From an uncultured Planctomycetales bacterium (GTDB lineage: Bacteria > Omnitrophota > Gorgyraeia > Zapsychrales > JANLHA01), in contig CAYYRJ010000001.1 of the NCBI GenBank assembly GCA_964474085.1, positions 27,631 to 91,630 on the forward strand: a DNA stretch of 64,000 nt, written 5' to 3'. The notes beneath the pieces are model-generated. The model saw only the letters and a program-made list of their open reading frames with translations. It was not told where the DNA came from and did not search any database. This document shows positions 36,777 to 47,616 of this stretch, one piece after another. How positions within the stretch are numbered: the first letter of the stretch is position 1; every line of letters begins with the position of its first letter. Position numbers and translations under genes: made by a program.

Positions 36777-37901
36777 ATGACAAAAACAAAGATCCTGATC
36801 TGTGGAACGCTCCCGCCGCCGAATTTTGGGCACAGCATGCTTTATAAAGCGCTGATGGAATCCCGTTTTGCCCAAGAGTTTGATATTGTTTTTTTTAACA
36901 TAAAATTTTGGTCGTATGAACAGCACCATAAGGTTACAGCCGCAAAACTTTTTAAATTCGTCCAATATTATTTTCAATTTATCACGTTAATACTTACGAA
37001 ACGGCCGCAGTATGTTTTGTATGCGATCAGTTTTGACAAGATGCCGTTTTTGAAGGATTTTGTTTTTTGCATGACCGCAGAGATTTTGGGTTGTAAAGTT
37101 GTTTTGCATGATATGGGCCAGTATGTGCGTGAGCTTTATGATTCCTCGTCGATGTTTTTCCGCAGCCTGATGCGTTTTATGCTTAAAAGAATGACAGCAA
37201 GCCTTGTCCTAGGGGAATTGACGCGTAAAGTTTACGAGGGGCTTATGCCGAGCGATCGCGTTTATGCGATCCCTGCGGCGACCGCGGATTCTGCAAATTC
37301 TATTTTTCCAGTTGAAGATCGATGGCCCGGCGAAAAAATCAGGGTGCTCTTTTTTTCGTTTTTGCAAAAGTCCAAAGGCATTTGGGTCGCGCTGGAAGCG
37401 ATGCCAAAGGTCATTGCCCAAAATCCCAATGTTTATTTTACTTTTGCCGGCCCCGCCGAGTCGCAGGAGTTTGTTAGGCAAATGAATGATTTTATTGTCC
37501 GCAATCACCTAGAAAAGCATTTTGAATATGTTGGTTATGTCGGTGATGAAGAAAAACGAAGTGAATATTTTCGCAACTGTGATATCTATATCTTCCCGAC
37601 GCTGCGCGATGTTTTTGGGTTAGTCCTTTTGCATGCGATGGCAGAAGGCCGTCCGGTCATCGCTTCTTATGAGGGTGCAATCCCTGAAATTGTCGACGAT
37701 GGCCAAACAGGTTTTCTTTTCCAAAAATCCGATGCTGCGGCTTTGGCAGAAAAAATATTGCTTCTTGCACGCGACCGCCAAGCTCGTGCTATGATGGGCA
37801 AAAATGGGCGGATCAAATATGAGCGGCTTTATACGCTGGATGCGTATGCACAGCGGATGATTGATTTTTTTTCGTCTTTAGATAAACTTAGTAGATATTA
37901 A
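36777..37901 (+). CDS. family 4 (GT-B) glycosyltransferase
   Basis: C-terminal EX7E region (FPTLRDVFGLVLLHAMAEGRPVIASYEGAIPEIVDDGQTGFLF). ATG 36777. The track start, 36747, is TTG. Confidence 0.75.
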   Translation: MTKTKILICGTLPPPNFGHSMLYKALMESRFAQEFDIVFFNIKFWSYEQHHKVTAAKLFKFVQYYFQFITLILTKRPQYVLYAISFDKMPFLKDFVFCMTAEILGCKVVLHDMGQYVRELYDSSSMFFRSLMRFMLKRMTASLVLGELTRKVYEGLMPSDRVYAIPAATADSANSIFPVEDRWPGEKIRVLFFSFLQKSKGIWVALEAMPKVIAQNPNVYFTFAGPAESQEFVRQMNDFIVRNHLEKHFEYVGYVGDEEKRSEYFRNCDIYIFPTLRDVFGLVLLHAMAEGRPVIASYEGAIPEIVDDGQTGFLFQKSDAAALAEKILLLARDRQARAMMGKNGRIKYERLYTLDAYAQRMIDFFSSLDKLSRY

Positions 37902-38040
37902 CCCGGCTTTTGCATTAGCCTCGCTCCTGCGAGGCCAAGCAAAAGCCGCCCAAAGGGCCGCATGTCTCGACACCGTCGAGACGTGCGGGGTTAATCCTTG
38001 CGGTAAACCGCGACCACAGGGAGTCCCTGTGGGACAACCG
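37902..38040 (+). other. GC-rich multi-hairpin intergenic region (candidate structured RNA or protein-binding region)
   Basis: Nested stems GGCTTTTGC[GCCTCGC-TCCT-GCGAGGC]GCAAAAGCC, CCGCA[GTCTCGAC-ACC-GTCGAGAC]GTGCGG, GCGG-TAAA-CCGC and CCACAGGGA-GT-CCCTGTGG. No U-tract follows. Local GC is far above the surrounding sequence. Confidence 0.3.
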
Positions 38041-38047
38041 AAGGCAA

Positions 38048-38118
38048 ATTTTGCATTTCCTTTTTTGTGCGCGACGGATCGTCGCGCACTGGGTTGTAAT
38101 GCAAAATTTGGGATTAAG
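38048..38118. repeat. ~70-bp extended palindromic element, copy 2
   Basis: About 90% identical to 9527-9596. Ends 8 bp before the GTG start of the WecG/TagA-family gene, and is non-coding here (in-frame TAA inside it). Confidence 0.6.
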
Positions 38119-38126
38119 GAAAGAAA

Positions 38127-38879
38127 GTGGCCGTAAGATTTTTTGACATTTTTGGCGTGCGGATTAGTGCGGTTAATTTAAACGTCGCCTGCAGCCAAAT
38201 TGAAACCTGGATTGAAGAAGGGATAAGGACATATGTCTGCGTCGCGCCGGTTTCGACACTTATCGATTGTCAAAATGACGCAGAGTACCGGCAGATTGTT
38301 AATAGTGCGGGGATGGTCACACCCGACGGAATGCCGCTTGTCTGGGTGGGGCGGCGGCGTTGCGGAAATTTAGTCCAAAGGACTTATGGGCCGGATTTAA
38401 TGACGAGTTTTTGTGCTGTAAGCGAAAGCAAAGGCTACAAACATTTTTTTTATGGCGGGTCCAGCCAAGCTAACCGTCTTTTGATTCAAAATCTAAAATT
38501 ACGTTTTCCAAAACTGATCATTGCCGGTCAATATGCTCCCGCTTACGTAGCGCCCAAACAGCAGGAAAAGCCGGATGTCATTGATCTGATTAATGCGTCG
38601 GGCGCAGATGTGTTGTGGGTCGGATTAGGTTCGCCCAAACAGGATTTTTGGATGGCTAAGCACAGAGCGTTACTCAATGTTTCGGTTATGATTGGTGTTG
38701 GGGCGGCCTTTGATTTTTTGGGTGGGACAAAACGACAAGCGCCTCGATGGATGCAACGCTTAGGATTTGAATGGGTGTTTCGGCTGTGTTGTGAACCGCG
38801 GCGTTTGTGGCGACGATATCTTTATGGCAATGCGCGGTTTATTTATCTTTTTATGACAAAAGAACTTTTTCGCAAATAG
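38127..38879 (+). CDS. WecB/TagA/CpsF family glycosyltransferase (N-acetylmannosaminyltransferase-like)
   Basis: FDIFGVRISAV...TPDGMPLVW...FFYGG signature of the WecG/TagA family. GTG start after AAGGAAAGAAA. Confidence 0.85.
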   Translation: MAVRFFDIFGVRISAVNLNVACSQIETWIEEGIRTYVCVAPVSTLIDCQNDAEYRQIVNSAGMVTPDGMPLVWVGRRRCGNLVQRTYGPDLMTSFCAVSESKGYKHFFYGGSSQANRLLIQNLKLRFPKLIIAGQYAPAYVAPKQQEKPDVIDLINASGADVLWVGLGSPKQDFWMAKHRALLNVSVMIGVGAAFDFLGGTKRQAPRWMQRLGFEWVFRLCCEPRRLWRRYLYGNARFIYLFMTKELFRK

Positions 38880-38899
38880 GATCATAGGCTAAAGGGTGT

Positions 38900-40321
38900 A
38901 TGAAAATTCTTAACCGGATTGTTTTAATAAAGCTTCTCTATATCTGTATCGATATTGTTTGTGTCCTGTTGGCCGTATATTTGACTTGCTTGCTGCGACG
39001 AGAGACATTGCCCTTTGAGGTCACTTTAAGCGGGTTTTTTAATCCGAAAAGTTCAATTCATTTTATTTTTATTTTGTGGCTGGGGACGATTGTTTTTTTT
39101 AACAGCCTTCACGGTCTCTATCAGACCCGACGGGAACTTGTGGAAAGCATCGAGATTTGGAAAGTTGTCCGCTGTGTGTTTGATTCGGTTGTTGTCGCGG
39201 TTTTGGCAATTTATTTTTTCAAGATTCAGTCTTTTCCGAGAATGGTTTTGTTTTTATCGGCCTTGCTTATTGTTGTCTTTTTATCATTCTGGCGAATTTT
39301 AAAACGGGCATTTGTCCTTTTGTTGGTCAGCCGAGGATACAATAATTTCAACGTGCTTATTATTGGTGCGGGTAAAGTGGGAAGTGCACTGGCGCAAGAA
39401 ATACAAAAACGAAAGACGCTGGGCTTAAGGATTGCAGGATTTCTTGATGATTTAAGACCATCGTCAGAAATTTGTCAGGGCTATCCAATTCTTGGCAAGA
39501 TTGCAGATTTCCCGATGATTGCGCAGCAGAATTTTATTAATACCATTTTTATTACGACCCATCATGATAGCCGGGTATTTTTACAGCTGCTTGAGCAGGC
39601 CAGGGAAATGCGTTTGGCGGTTCGTGTCGTGCCCGACGGATTTGAGCTAACGCGAGGTGAATTTGGAAAATACAATATCGGTTTTATTCCTGTGCTTGAG
39701 TATTTTAACGAAGGCATTGGCTTTCGACATCCGGGCAAACGTCTTTTTGATTTTTTGGCAGCTTCGTTTTTACTTGTGATATTTTCGCCGCTGATGGCGC
39801 TTTTGGCAATTTTGATTAAACGCGACAGTCCAGGCCCGGTGTTTTATCTTTCCCGCCGCTATGGCCGATGCGGGAAAGAATTTTGGATGTACAAATTTCG
39901 CAGCATGGTGAGCAATGCCGACGATTTTCAAAGTCAGTTGCAAGACAAAAATGAAGCTGACGGCCCGATTTTTAAAATTCGCAGCGATCCGCGGGTTACC
40001 CAGTTTGGAAAATTTTTGCGCAAGTTTAGTCTCGATGAGATTCCCCAGCTGATCAATGTTGTCAAAGGGGAAATGAGTTTGGTCGGCCCAAGGCCTTTTC
40101 CTATCGAGCAAATCGAAAAAGAAGATTTGCGCCAGCTCAAACGTCTCGAAGTCAAACCTGGGATTACCGGACTCTGGCAGATTCGCGGGCGCAGCGATAT
40201 TTCGTTTAGTCGTTTGATAAAATGGGATATTTGGTATATTAACAATTGGTCATTTTGGCTGGATATCAGTATTCTTTTACAAACGATCCCAGTGGTTGTT
40301 AAAGGCAATGGGGCCTATTAA
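38900..40321 (+). CDS. polyprenyl-phosphate hexose-1-phosphate transferase (WbaP/WcaJ-like initiating sugar transferase)
   Basis: N-terminal TM helices, central Rossmann-like domain. C-terminal bacterial sugar transferase motifs (DEIPQLINV...MSLVGPRP...KPGITGLWQIRGRS). Confidence 0.85.
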   Translation: MKILNRIVLIKLLYICIDIVCVLLAVYLTCLLRRETLPFEVTLSGFFNPKSSIHFIFILWLGTIVFFNSLHGLYQTRRELVESIEIWKVVRCVFDSVVVAVLAIYFFKIQSFPRMVLFLSALLIVVFLSFWRILKRAFVLLLVSRGYNNFNVLIIGAGKVGSALAQEIQKRKTLGLRIAGFLDDLRPSSEICQGYPILGKIADFPMIAQQNFINTIFITTHHDSRVFLQLLEQAREMRLAVRVVPDGFELTRGEFGKYNIGFIPVLEYFNEGIGFRHPGKRLFDFLAASFLLVIFSPLMALLAILIKRDSPGPVFYLSRRYGRCGKEFWMYKFRSMVSNADDFQSQLQDKNEADGPIFKIRSDPRVTQFGKFLRKFSLDEIPQLINVVKGEMSLVGPRPFPIEQIEKEDLRQLKRLEVKPGITGLWQIRGRSDISFSRLIKWDIWYINNWSFWLDISILLQTIPVVVKGNGAY

Positions 40322-40368
40322 GGCAAGTCAATGGAAGTTAAACAATAAAGTCTACCGTTAAGGGAAAT

Positions 40369-42359
<1,991 letters not shown>

Positions 42360-42392
42360 TCTGGGGGGAGAAATTGTAGGAAATTTTTCGGC

Positions 42393-42420
42393 TGGACAAA
42401 GTAATCTTCTTACGTATAAT
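42393..42420 (+). promoter_or_regulatory. candidate sigma70 promoter TGGACA-N16-TATAAT upstream of pgk
   Basis: Near-consensus hexamers 60 bp upstream of the pgk ATG. Confidence 0.4.
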
Positions 42421-42478
42421 ATTCCAATTCTTAATTCTGCAAATTTCATCAATACAATATATAAGAGAAGGAAGGCCT

Positions 42479-43660
42479 ATGAGTAAACTCACTGTCAAAG
42501 ATCTTGATGTAAAGGGTAAAAAAGTTTTGATCCGTGTTGATTTTAATGTCCCGCTGGATGACAAACTCAACATTACCGATGACCGGCGCATTCGCGAAGC
42601 GCTTGCGACCATTGAATATGTTCTCAAGCAGGGAGCTGCGAAGGTGATTTTGATGAGCCATTTGGGCCGTCCGGAAGGCCAAGTCGTCGAAGACCAAAGA
42701 CTCGCCCCTGTCGGAAAGCAATTGGAAAAACTTTTAGGACAAAAAGTCCTTTGCACCAAAGATTGCGTCGGCGATGAAGTCAAAAAAGCCATCGAGTCAA
42801 GCCAAGAAAAAGTTGTTTTATTAGAAAACCTTCGTTTTCATAAAGCCGAAACCAAAAATGATCCTGCGTTTGCCAAACAGTTAGCGTCTTTGGCCGATGT
42901 TTTTGTCAATGATGCTTTTGGAACTTCGCATCGCGCGCATGCCTCAACGCATGGCGTAACGCAATATCTTAAATCTGCTGCTGGTTTTCTTCTCGAAAAA
43001 GAAATCAAATACCTCAGCCAAGCGACCAACAATCCGGCCAAGCCGTTTGTTATTATTTTAGGCGGCGCAAAAGTTTCGGATAAAATTGCACTGATTGAAA
43101 ATATGCTGCCTAAGGTCGATTCGATTATTATCGGCGGTGGGATGGTGTATACATTTTTAAAAGCACTCGGTAAAGAAATCGGAACGTCACTTTTGGAAGC
43201 AGACAAAATCGATATGGCTAAATCAATTCTTGAAAAAGCCAAGGCCGCTAAAGTCAATATTGTTTTGTCGTCGGACTTTGTTGCGGTCAGAGATTTTAAA
43301 AATCCGGCTGAGCGTAAAATTGTTAAGGACCTTGAACCAGGCTGGTCAGGTGTGGACATCGGGCCGCAAACGCGCCAGGCTTTTAAAGCTGTTTTGTCGA
43401 CGGCCAAGACTGTTGTTTGGAACGGGCCAGTCGGCGTTTTTGAAGTTAAGGAATATTCTGACGGCACGCGCGAAATTGCAGAATATTTAGCCAGCCTTAA
43501 GGGTGTGGTCACAATCGTTGGCGGAGGCGACACAGCCGCGGCGGTAGCAAAATTTAATTGTGAAGAAGGGATGACGCACATTTCAACCGGCGGGGGCGCT
43601 TCGCTTGAACTTTTGGAAGGCAAAGTTTTACCGGGCATCGCCGCTTTGACGGATAAATAA
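42479..43660 (+). CDS. pgk: phosphoglycerate kinase
   Basis: VLIRVDFNVP, HLGRPEG and GGGA motifs. RBS AAGGAAGG. Confidence 0.95.
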   Translation: MSKLTVKDLDVKGKKVLIRVDFNVPLDDKLNITDDRRIREALATIEYVLKQGAAKVILMSHLGRPEGQVVEDQRLAPVGKQLEKLLGQKVLCTKDCVGDEVKKAIESSQEKVVLLENLRFHKAETKNDPAFAKQLASLADVFVNDAFGTSHRAHASTHGVTQYLKSAAGFLLEKEIKYLSQATNNPAKPFVIILGGAKVSDKIALIENMLPKVDSIIIGGGMVYTFLKALGKEIGTSLLEADKIDMAKSILEKAKAAKVNIVLSSDFVAVRDFKNPAERKIVKDLEPGWSGVDIGPQTRQAFKAVLSTAKTVVWNGPVGVFEVKEYSDGTREIAEYLASLKGVVTIVGGGDTAAAVAKFNCEEGMTHISTGGGASLELLEGKVLPGIAALTDK

Positions 43661-43732
43661 TGGACGCTGGACGTTAGACGTTGGAGGTTAGTATCAATTT
43701 ATAATTATTGAAGAACAGTTAAGGACTTAATT

Positions 43733-44497
43733 ATGCGAAAAATTATCATTGCTGGAAATTGGAAAATGTACAAGACCTCGTTTGAGGCCGTTGAACTGGT
43801 CACGGAACTTAAGAGAACTTTAGGCGATATGAATGAAGTCGACGTTGTCGTTTGCACGCCTTTTACCGCACTATCGGAAGTCAAAGATATCCTAAACGAT
43901 TGCAGTATCGGTTTGGGCGCACAGAATATTTATTGGGAGGACTTCGGTGCGTTTACCGGTGAGGTTTCGGCTCCGATGATCAAAGCGATTGGTGTTGAAT
44001 ATGTCATTATTGGCCATAGTGAACGCCGCCAGTTCTTTGGCGAGACAGACGCAACTGTTAACAAAAAAATCAAGGCCGCTTTAAAACATGCGCTTATCCC
44101 GATTGTTTGTATCGGCGAAGTTTTAAGTGAACGAGAGAGTGGAAAAACTTTTGACGTGATCAAGACTCAACTGGAAGGTTCGCTTATTAACCTCACCGCT
44201 CTTGAAATGGAAAACATTGTTTTGGCCTATGAGCCTGTTTGGGCGATTGGTACGGGTAAGACCGCAACGCCGGCGCAAGCTCAAGAAGTGCATAAATTTA
44301 TTCGGGACTGGCTCACCAAGAAATATGATGCGGCGATTGCAAACAAAGTCCGTATTCAATACGGCGGGAGCGTCAAGCCTGAGAATACCGCAGAACTGAT
44401 GGGACAGCCGGACATAGACGGAGCTTTAGTTGGAGGCGCGAGTTTAAAAAGCGATTCGTTTACGGCGATTGTCAAAAATTGTTTAGCGCTTAAGTGA
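43733..44497 (+). CDS. tpiA: triose-phosphate isomerase
   Basis: IIAGNWKM, IIGHSERR, AYEPVWAIGTG motifs. Confidence 0.95.
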   Translation: MRKIIIAGNWKMYKTSFEAVELVTELKRTLGDMNEVDVVVCTPFTALSEVKDILNDCSIGLGAQNIYWEDFGAFTGEVSAPMIKAIGVEYVIIGHSERRQFFGETDATVNKKIKAALKHALIPIVCIGEVLSERESGKTFDVIKTQLEGSLINLTALEMENIVLAYEPVWAIGTGKTATPAQAQEVHKFIRDWLTKKYDAAIANKVRIQYGGSVKPENTAELMGQPDIDGALVGGASLKSDSFTAIVKNCLALK

Positions 44498-44517
44498 TCC
44501 TTTAAGAAAGGGAAAAT

Positions 44518-44934
44518 ATGACATTTGTTTTAATTATCCATTCATTGGTGTGTGTCCTTTTGGTCACTGTGATTCTTATGCAATCAGGACGCGGAGGTGG
44601 TTTGACCGAAGGATTTGCCGCCGCTGAAACGATGTTTGGCGCTAAGACCAACGAATTTATGGTGCGCGCAACAAGTGTGTTGGCTGTGTTGTTTGTTATT
44701 ACCAGCTTAACTTTGGCCCATTTTTCTGCGCGTCGGGACCAGTCGCTCATGGATCGTTTGATGGACAAGACAAAAAATCCGGACATTAAGATCAACATTC
44801 CCTTAGACGACAAAGATATGAAGAAGGATGCACAGAGCCCTGCTGTTTCTGACGTAAATAAAGAAGAAAAAGCGGCGGTTGAAAAGTCTTTGCCGGTTAC
44901 AGCAACGAGTACTCCAGTTGCCGAAAAGAAGTAA
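44518..44934 (+). CDS. secG: preprotein translocase subunit SecG
   Basis: LLVTVILMQSGRGGGL motif, conserved position downstream of tpiA, extended C-terminal tail. Confidence 0.8.
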   Translation: MTFVLIIHSLVCVLLVTVILMQSGRGGGLTEGFAAAETMFGAKTNEFMVRATSVLAVLFVITSLTLAHFSARRDQSLMDRLMDKTKNPDIKINIPLDDKDMKKDAQSPAVSDVNKEEKAAVEKSLPVTATSTPVAEKK

Positions 44935-44954
44935 TAATTTCTTTCGATTTTCTC

Positions 44955-46697
44955 ATGGCCTATTTTTCGCAGAATTGCAGAAATTATTTGTGCCAACTCT
45001 TTTTTATCATCTTATTTTTATTTAATTTTTCCGTCGTAGCCGGGGCGCAGGAGCCCCGCTATGGCGGCTTGCCCGCCTATGGTGGGGATCTCATTCTTTC
45101 CTCGACTTCGGACCCCAAATCGTTTAACGATATCACCGCGCAAGAAACTTCGACACACACTGTTACCGGCTATATTTTTGAAGGTCTGACTCATCTTGAT
45201 GCTTTGACGCTTAAAGTCGAGCCTGCCTTGGCTGAAAGTTGGCTTGTCAGTGAAGATGGAATGACGTGGACTTTTCATCTGCGGGCGAATGTGCGCTGGA
45301 ATGACGGAGAGCCTTTTGGCGCCGATGATGTTGTCTTTACGTTTAATGATTTGATTTACAACGACGATGTTGTTTGTTCCGGCCGTGATATTTTTAAAAT
45401 CGACGGAAAAATTTTTAAAGTTGAAAAAGTTGACGATTTAACCGTGAGATTTACTCTTCCGGTTAAGTTTGCGCCTTTTCTTGCGAGCATGGGCCAGTCG
45501 ATTTTGCCTAAGCACAAGTTGGCAAAAGCTGTGGCCCAGAAAAAATTTAATTTTACCTGGGGGATTGATACGCCGCCCTCTGAGATTGTGGGCACCGGGC
45601 CGTTTAAATTAGCGTCGTATTTGCCTGGTGAGCGTTTTGTTCTGGTACGCAATCCTTTGTATTGGAAAAATTCTGCCGACGGCAAGAACCTGCCATACCT
45701 CGATCGTATTATTTATTTGATCGTCCAAAATCAGGATACGTCGATGCTCAAGTTTCTTGATGGCGAAGTTGATTTTATCTCTTTGCGAGGGTTTGAATAT
45801 CCGATGATCAAACCCCGAGAAGCTCAGGGCAATTTTACGGTTTATGATTCGGGGCCGGATTTTGGCAGCAGCTTTCTTGTTTTTAATCAGAACACGGGCA
45901 TCAATCCGAAGACAAAAAAAACTTTTGTTGAGCCGGTCAAATCGAAATGGTTTTTGGACATCCATTTTCGACGGGCAGTGGCCCACGCGATCGATAAAAC
46001 AAAAATGATCGAAATCCTTATGAATGGTTTGGGGTATCCGCAGATTTCGGATATGAGCGAAAGCGCCGGATTTTTTTATAACCCGAATGTCGAAGTTTAT
46101 GAATACGATTTAAATAAGGCGAAGAAAATTTTGCACGATGCCGGTTATATCGACCGCAATGCGGATGGTGTCATCGAAGACCCCGACGGGCACAATGTTG
46201 AATTTAACCTTTTGACGAATTCCGGGAATGTCGAGCGCGTGCAGATTGCCAGCATTATCCGTCACGACTTGCAGTCTTTGGGGATGAAGGTTAATTTTCT
46301 CTCTCTTGAATTTAATACGCTCGTCACAAAACTTAATGCGACTTATGATTGGGATGCGATTGTTTTGGGGTTGACTGGTGGCATTGAACCGCATTTTGGC
46401 AAAAATGTTTGGCATTCGACGGGCAGTTTGCATATGTGGTATCCTCTGCAAAAAAAACCTGCGACTTTATGGGAAAAAAGAATCGACGAAATTTTTGATC
46501 AGGGTGTTTCAGAGCTTAATGAGAACAAGCGCAAAGCCCTTTATGATGAATTTCAGCTGATTGTCTCCCAAGAGCTTCCTTTGATTTATACGGTGCTCAA
46601 TAGCAATCTTTATGCGATACGAAATAAATTCGGTAATTTAAAACCAACAAGCTTCGCTGGGCCGTTTCATAATATTGAGGAAATTTATATTAAGTAG
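44955..46697 (+). CDS. ABC transporter substrate-binding protein, family 5 (peptide/nickel, OppA/DppA-like)
   Basis: Signal peptide then the SBP_bac_5 layout. 580 aa. Followed by hairpins and then permease/ATPase genes. Confidence 0.85.
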   Translation: MAYFSQNCRNYLCQLFFIILFLFNFSVVAGAQEPRYGGLPAYGGDLILSSTSDPKSFNDITAQETSTHTVTGYIFEGLTHLDALTLKVEPALAESWLVSEDGMTWTFHLRANVRWNDGEPFGADDVVFTFNDLIYNDDVVCSGRDIFKIDGKIFKVEKVDDLTVRFTLPVKFAPFLASMGQSILPKHKLAKAVAQKKFNFTWGIDTPPSEIVGTGPFKLASYLPGERFVLVRNPLYWKNSADGKNLPYLDRIIYLIVQNQDTSMLKFLDGEVDFISLRGFEYPMIKPREAQGNFTVYDSGPDFGSSFLVFNQNTGINPKTKKTFVEPVKSKWFLDIHFRRAVAHAIDKTKMIEILMNGLGYPQISDMSESAGFFYNPNVEVYEYDLNKAKKILHDAGYIDRNADGVIEDPDGHNVEFNLLTNSGNVERVQIASIIRHDLQSLGMKVNFLSLEFNTLVTKLNATYDWDAIVLGLTGGIEPHFGKNVWHSTGSLHMWYPLQKKPATLWEKRIDEIFDQGVSELNENKRKALYDEFQLIVSQELPLIYTVLNSNLYAIRNKFGNLKPTSFAGPFHNIEEIYIK

Positions 46698-46722
46698 AAT
46701 TTGTTTTTTTAAATTCGATTTT

Positions 46723-46817
46723 CCTTCTCCCCATTGGGGAGAAGGTTAGGATGAGGGGGAGGAGCAAGAAATCCCCCTCACCTTAATCCTCTCCCCAGGG
46801 TATTGGTTGGGGAGAGG
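46723..46817 (+). repeat. cluster of three related hairpins (CTCCCC...GGGGAG cores) between the SBP gene and the downstream genes
   Basis: CCTTCTCCCC-ATT-GGGGAGAAGG (46723-46745). TGAGGGGGA-N11-TCCCCCTCA (46752-46780). CCTCTCCCCA-N10-TGGGGAGAGG (46788-46817). Confidence 0.45.
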
Positions 46818-46869
46818 AAATTAAAAATGAGTTAGTCTGTATTATTTGAATGTTTAAGGTGGTGGGCGG

Positions 46870-47616
46870 ATGATGGTTGCTAAAAATTCTTTTTTGGTCA
46901 TGGGCGGATTATTTTTTTTGCTCAGCCTTTATGCAATTCTAAATCATGATTTAAGCATTGCTATTATTTTTGTTTGGTCGGGGGCTGTTTTTTGTTCTTT
47001 TTGGTTGTTACATTTTCTAAAAGTTAATTTTTCTTTAGATTACGGGCGGTGGATAGTCAGAGATTCATTTTTAAAATGTCTTTTTTTAAGCGCATTATTA
47101 TTCCCATTTCTTTTTATCAAATATTTAGCATTTGTGATTCAATCTTTTGGTAAAGAAAAACCTATTTCTCAAATAACTGACAGGATATTCATTGGCCAGC
47201 AATTGTTGTGGTTCCATGAGAAGATTTTTAGAGAGAAAAACATAGGCGCTGTATTGGATATTACCGTTGAAAATCGAGAGCCATATTTTATTGCCAGGGA
47301 TAAATCCGTAAATTATTTGAGGATTCCGGTTCTTGATAAAACAAGCCCGTCGATCAAGCAATTAGAACAAGGCGTAGTTTGGGGCTTGGAGCAAGTTTCG
47401 CAGGGACGCAATTTGTATGTGCATTGTGGCGCAGGACACGAGAGAAGCGCAACGTTTGTTTGTGCGATGCTACTAAGGTTGAAATTGTATAAAACTTTAG
47501 AGCAATCGATTATACAAGTTCAACGTATTCGGCCAAAGGTTAGGTTTGTTGGTGGTCAACAAATGATTTTGCAGAAATGGTTTGAACAAGGGGATACAAA
47601 AGGAAAGTTTTTATAA
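46870..47616 (+). CDS. membrane-anchored dual-specificity/tyrosine-type protein phosphatase (CX5R)
   Basis: Three N-terminal TM helices. C-terminal VHCGAGHERSATF P-loop. Its stop overlaps the start of the ABC permease gene (TAATG). Confidence 0.7.
   Translation: MMVAKNSFLVMGGLFFLLSLYAILNHDLSIAIIFVWSGAVFCSFWLLHFLKVNFSLDYGRWIVRDSFLKCLFLSALLFPFLFIKYLAFVIQSFGKEKPISQITDRIFIGQQLLWFHEKIFREKNIGAVLDITVENREPYFIARDKSVNYLRIPVLDKTSPSIKQLEQGVVWGLEQVSQGRNLYVHCGAGHERSATFVCAMLLRLKLYKTLEQSIIQVQRIRPKVRFVGGQQMILQKWFEQGDTKGKFL

Noticed and set aside
37902-38040. Possible tRNA, SRP RNA or 6S RNA in the GC-rich hairpin region
   Set aside because: There is no T-loop (GTTCRANYC) or acceptor/anticodon geometry. There is no SRP domain IV GGAA/AGCAGCC motif. 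It is too short for 6S RNA or RNase P. It is kept only as an unclassified structured region.
42838-43638. 266-aa minus-strand ORF inside pgk
   Set aside because: It is antisense to a highly conserved gene. Its Ala/Ser/Pro-rich low-complexity translation is typical of a GC-skewed shadow frame.
43661-43732. Quasi-repeats GGACGCT GGACGTTA GACGTT GGAGGTTAG between pgk and tpiA
   Set aside because: They are short and degenerate and sit in a normal intercistronic gap. They are probably just the tpiA RBS region with chance repetition.
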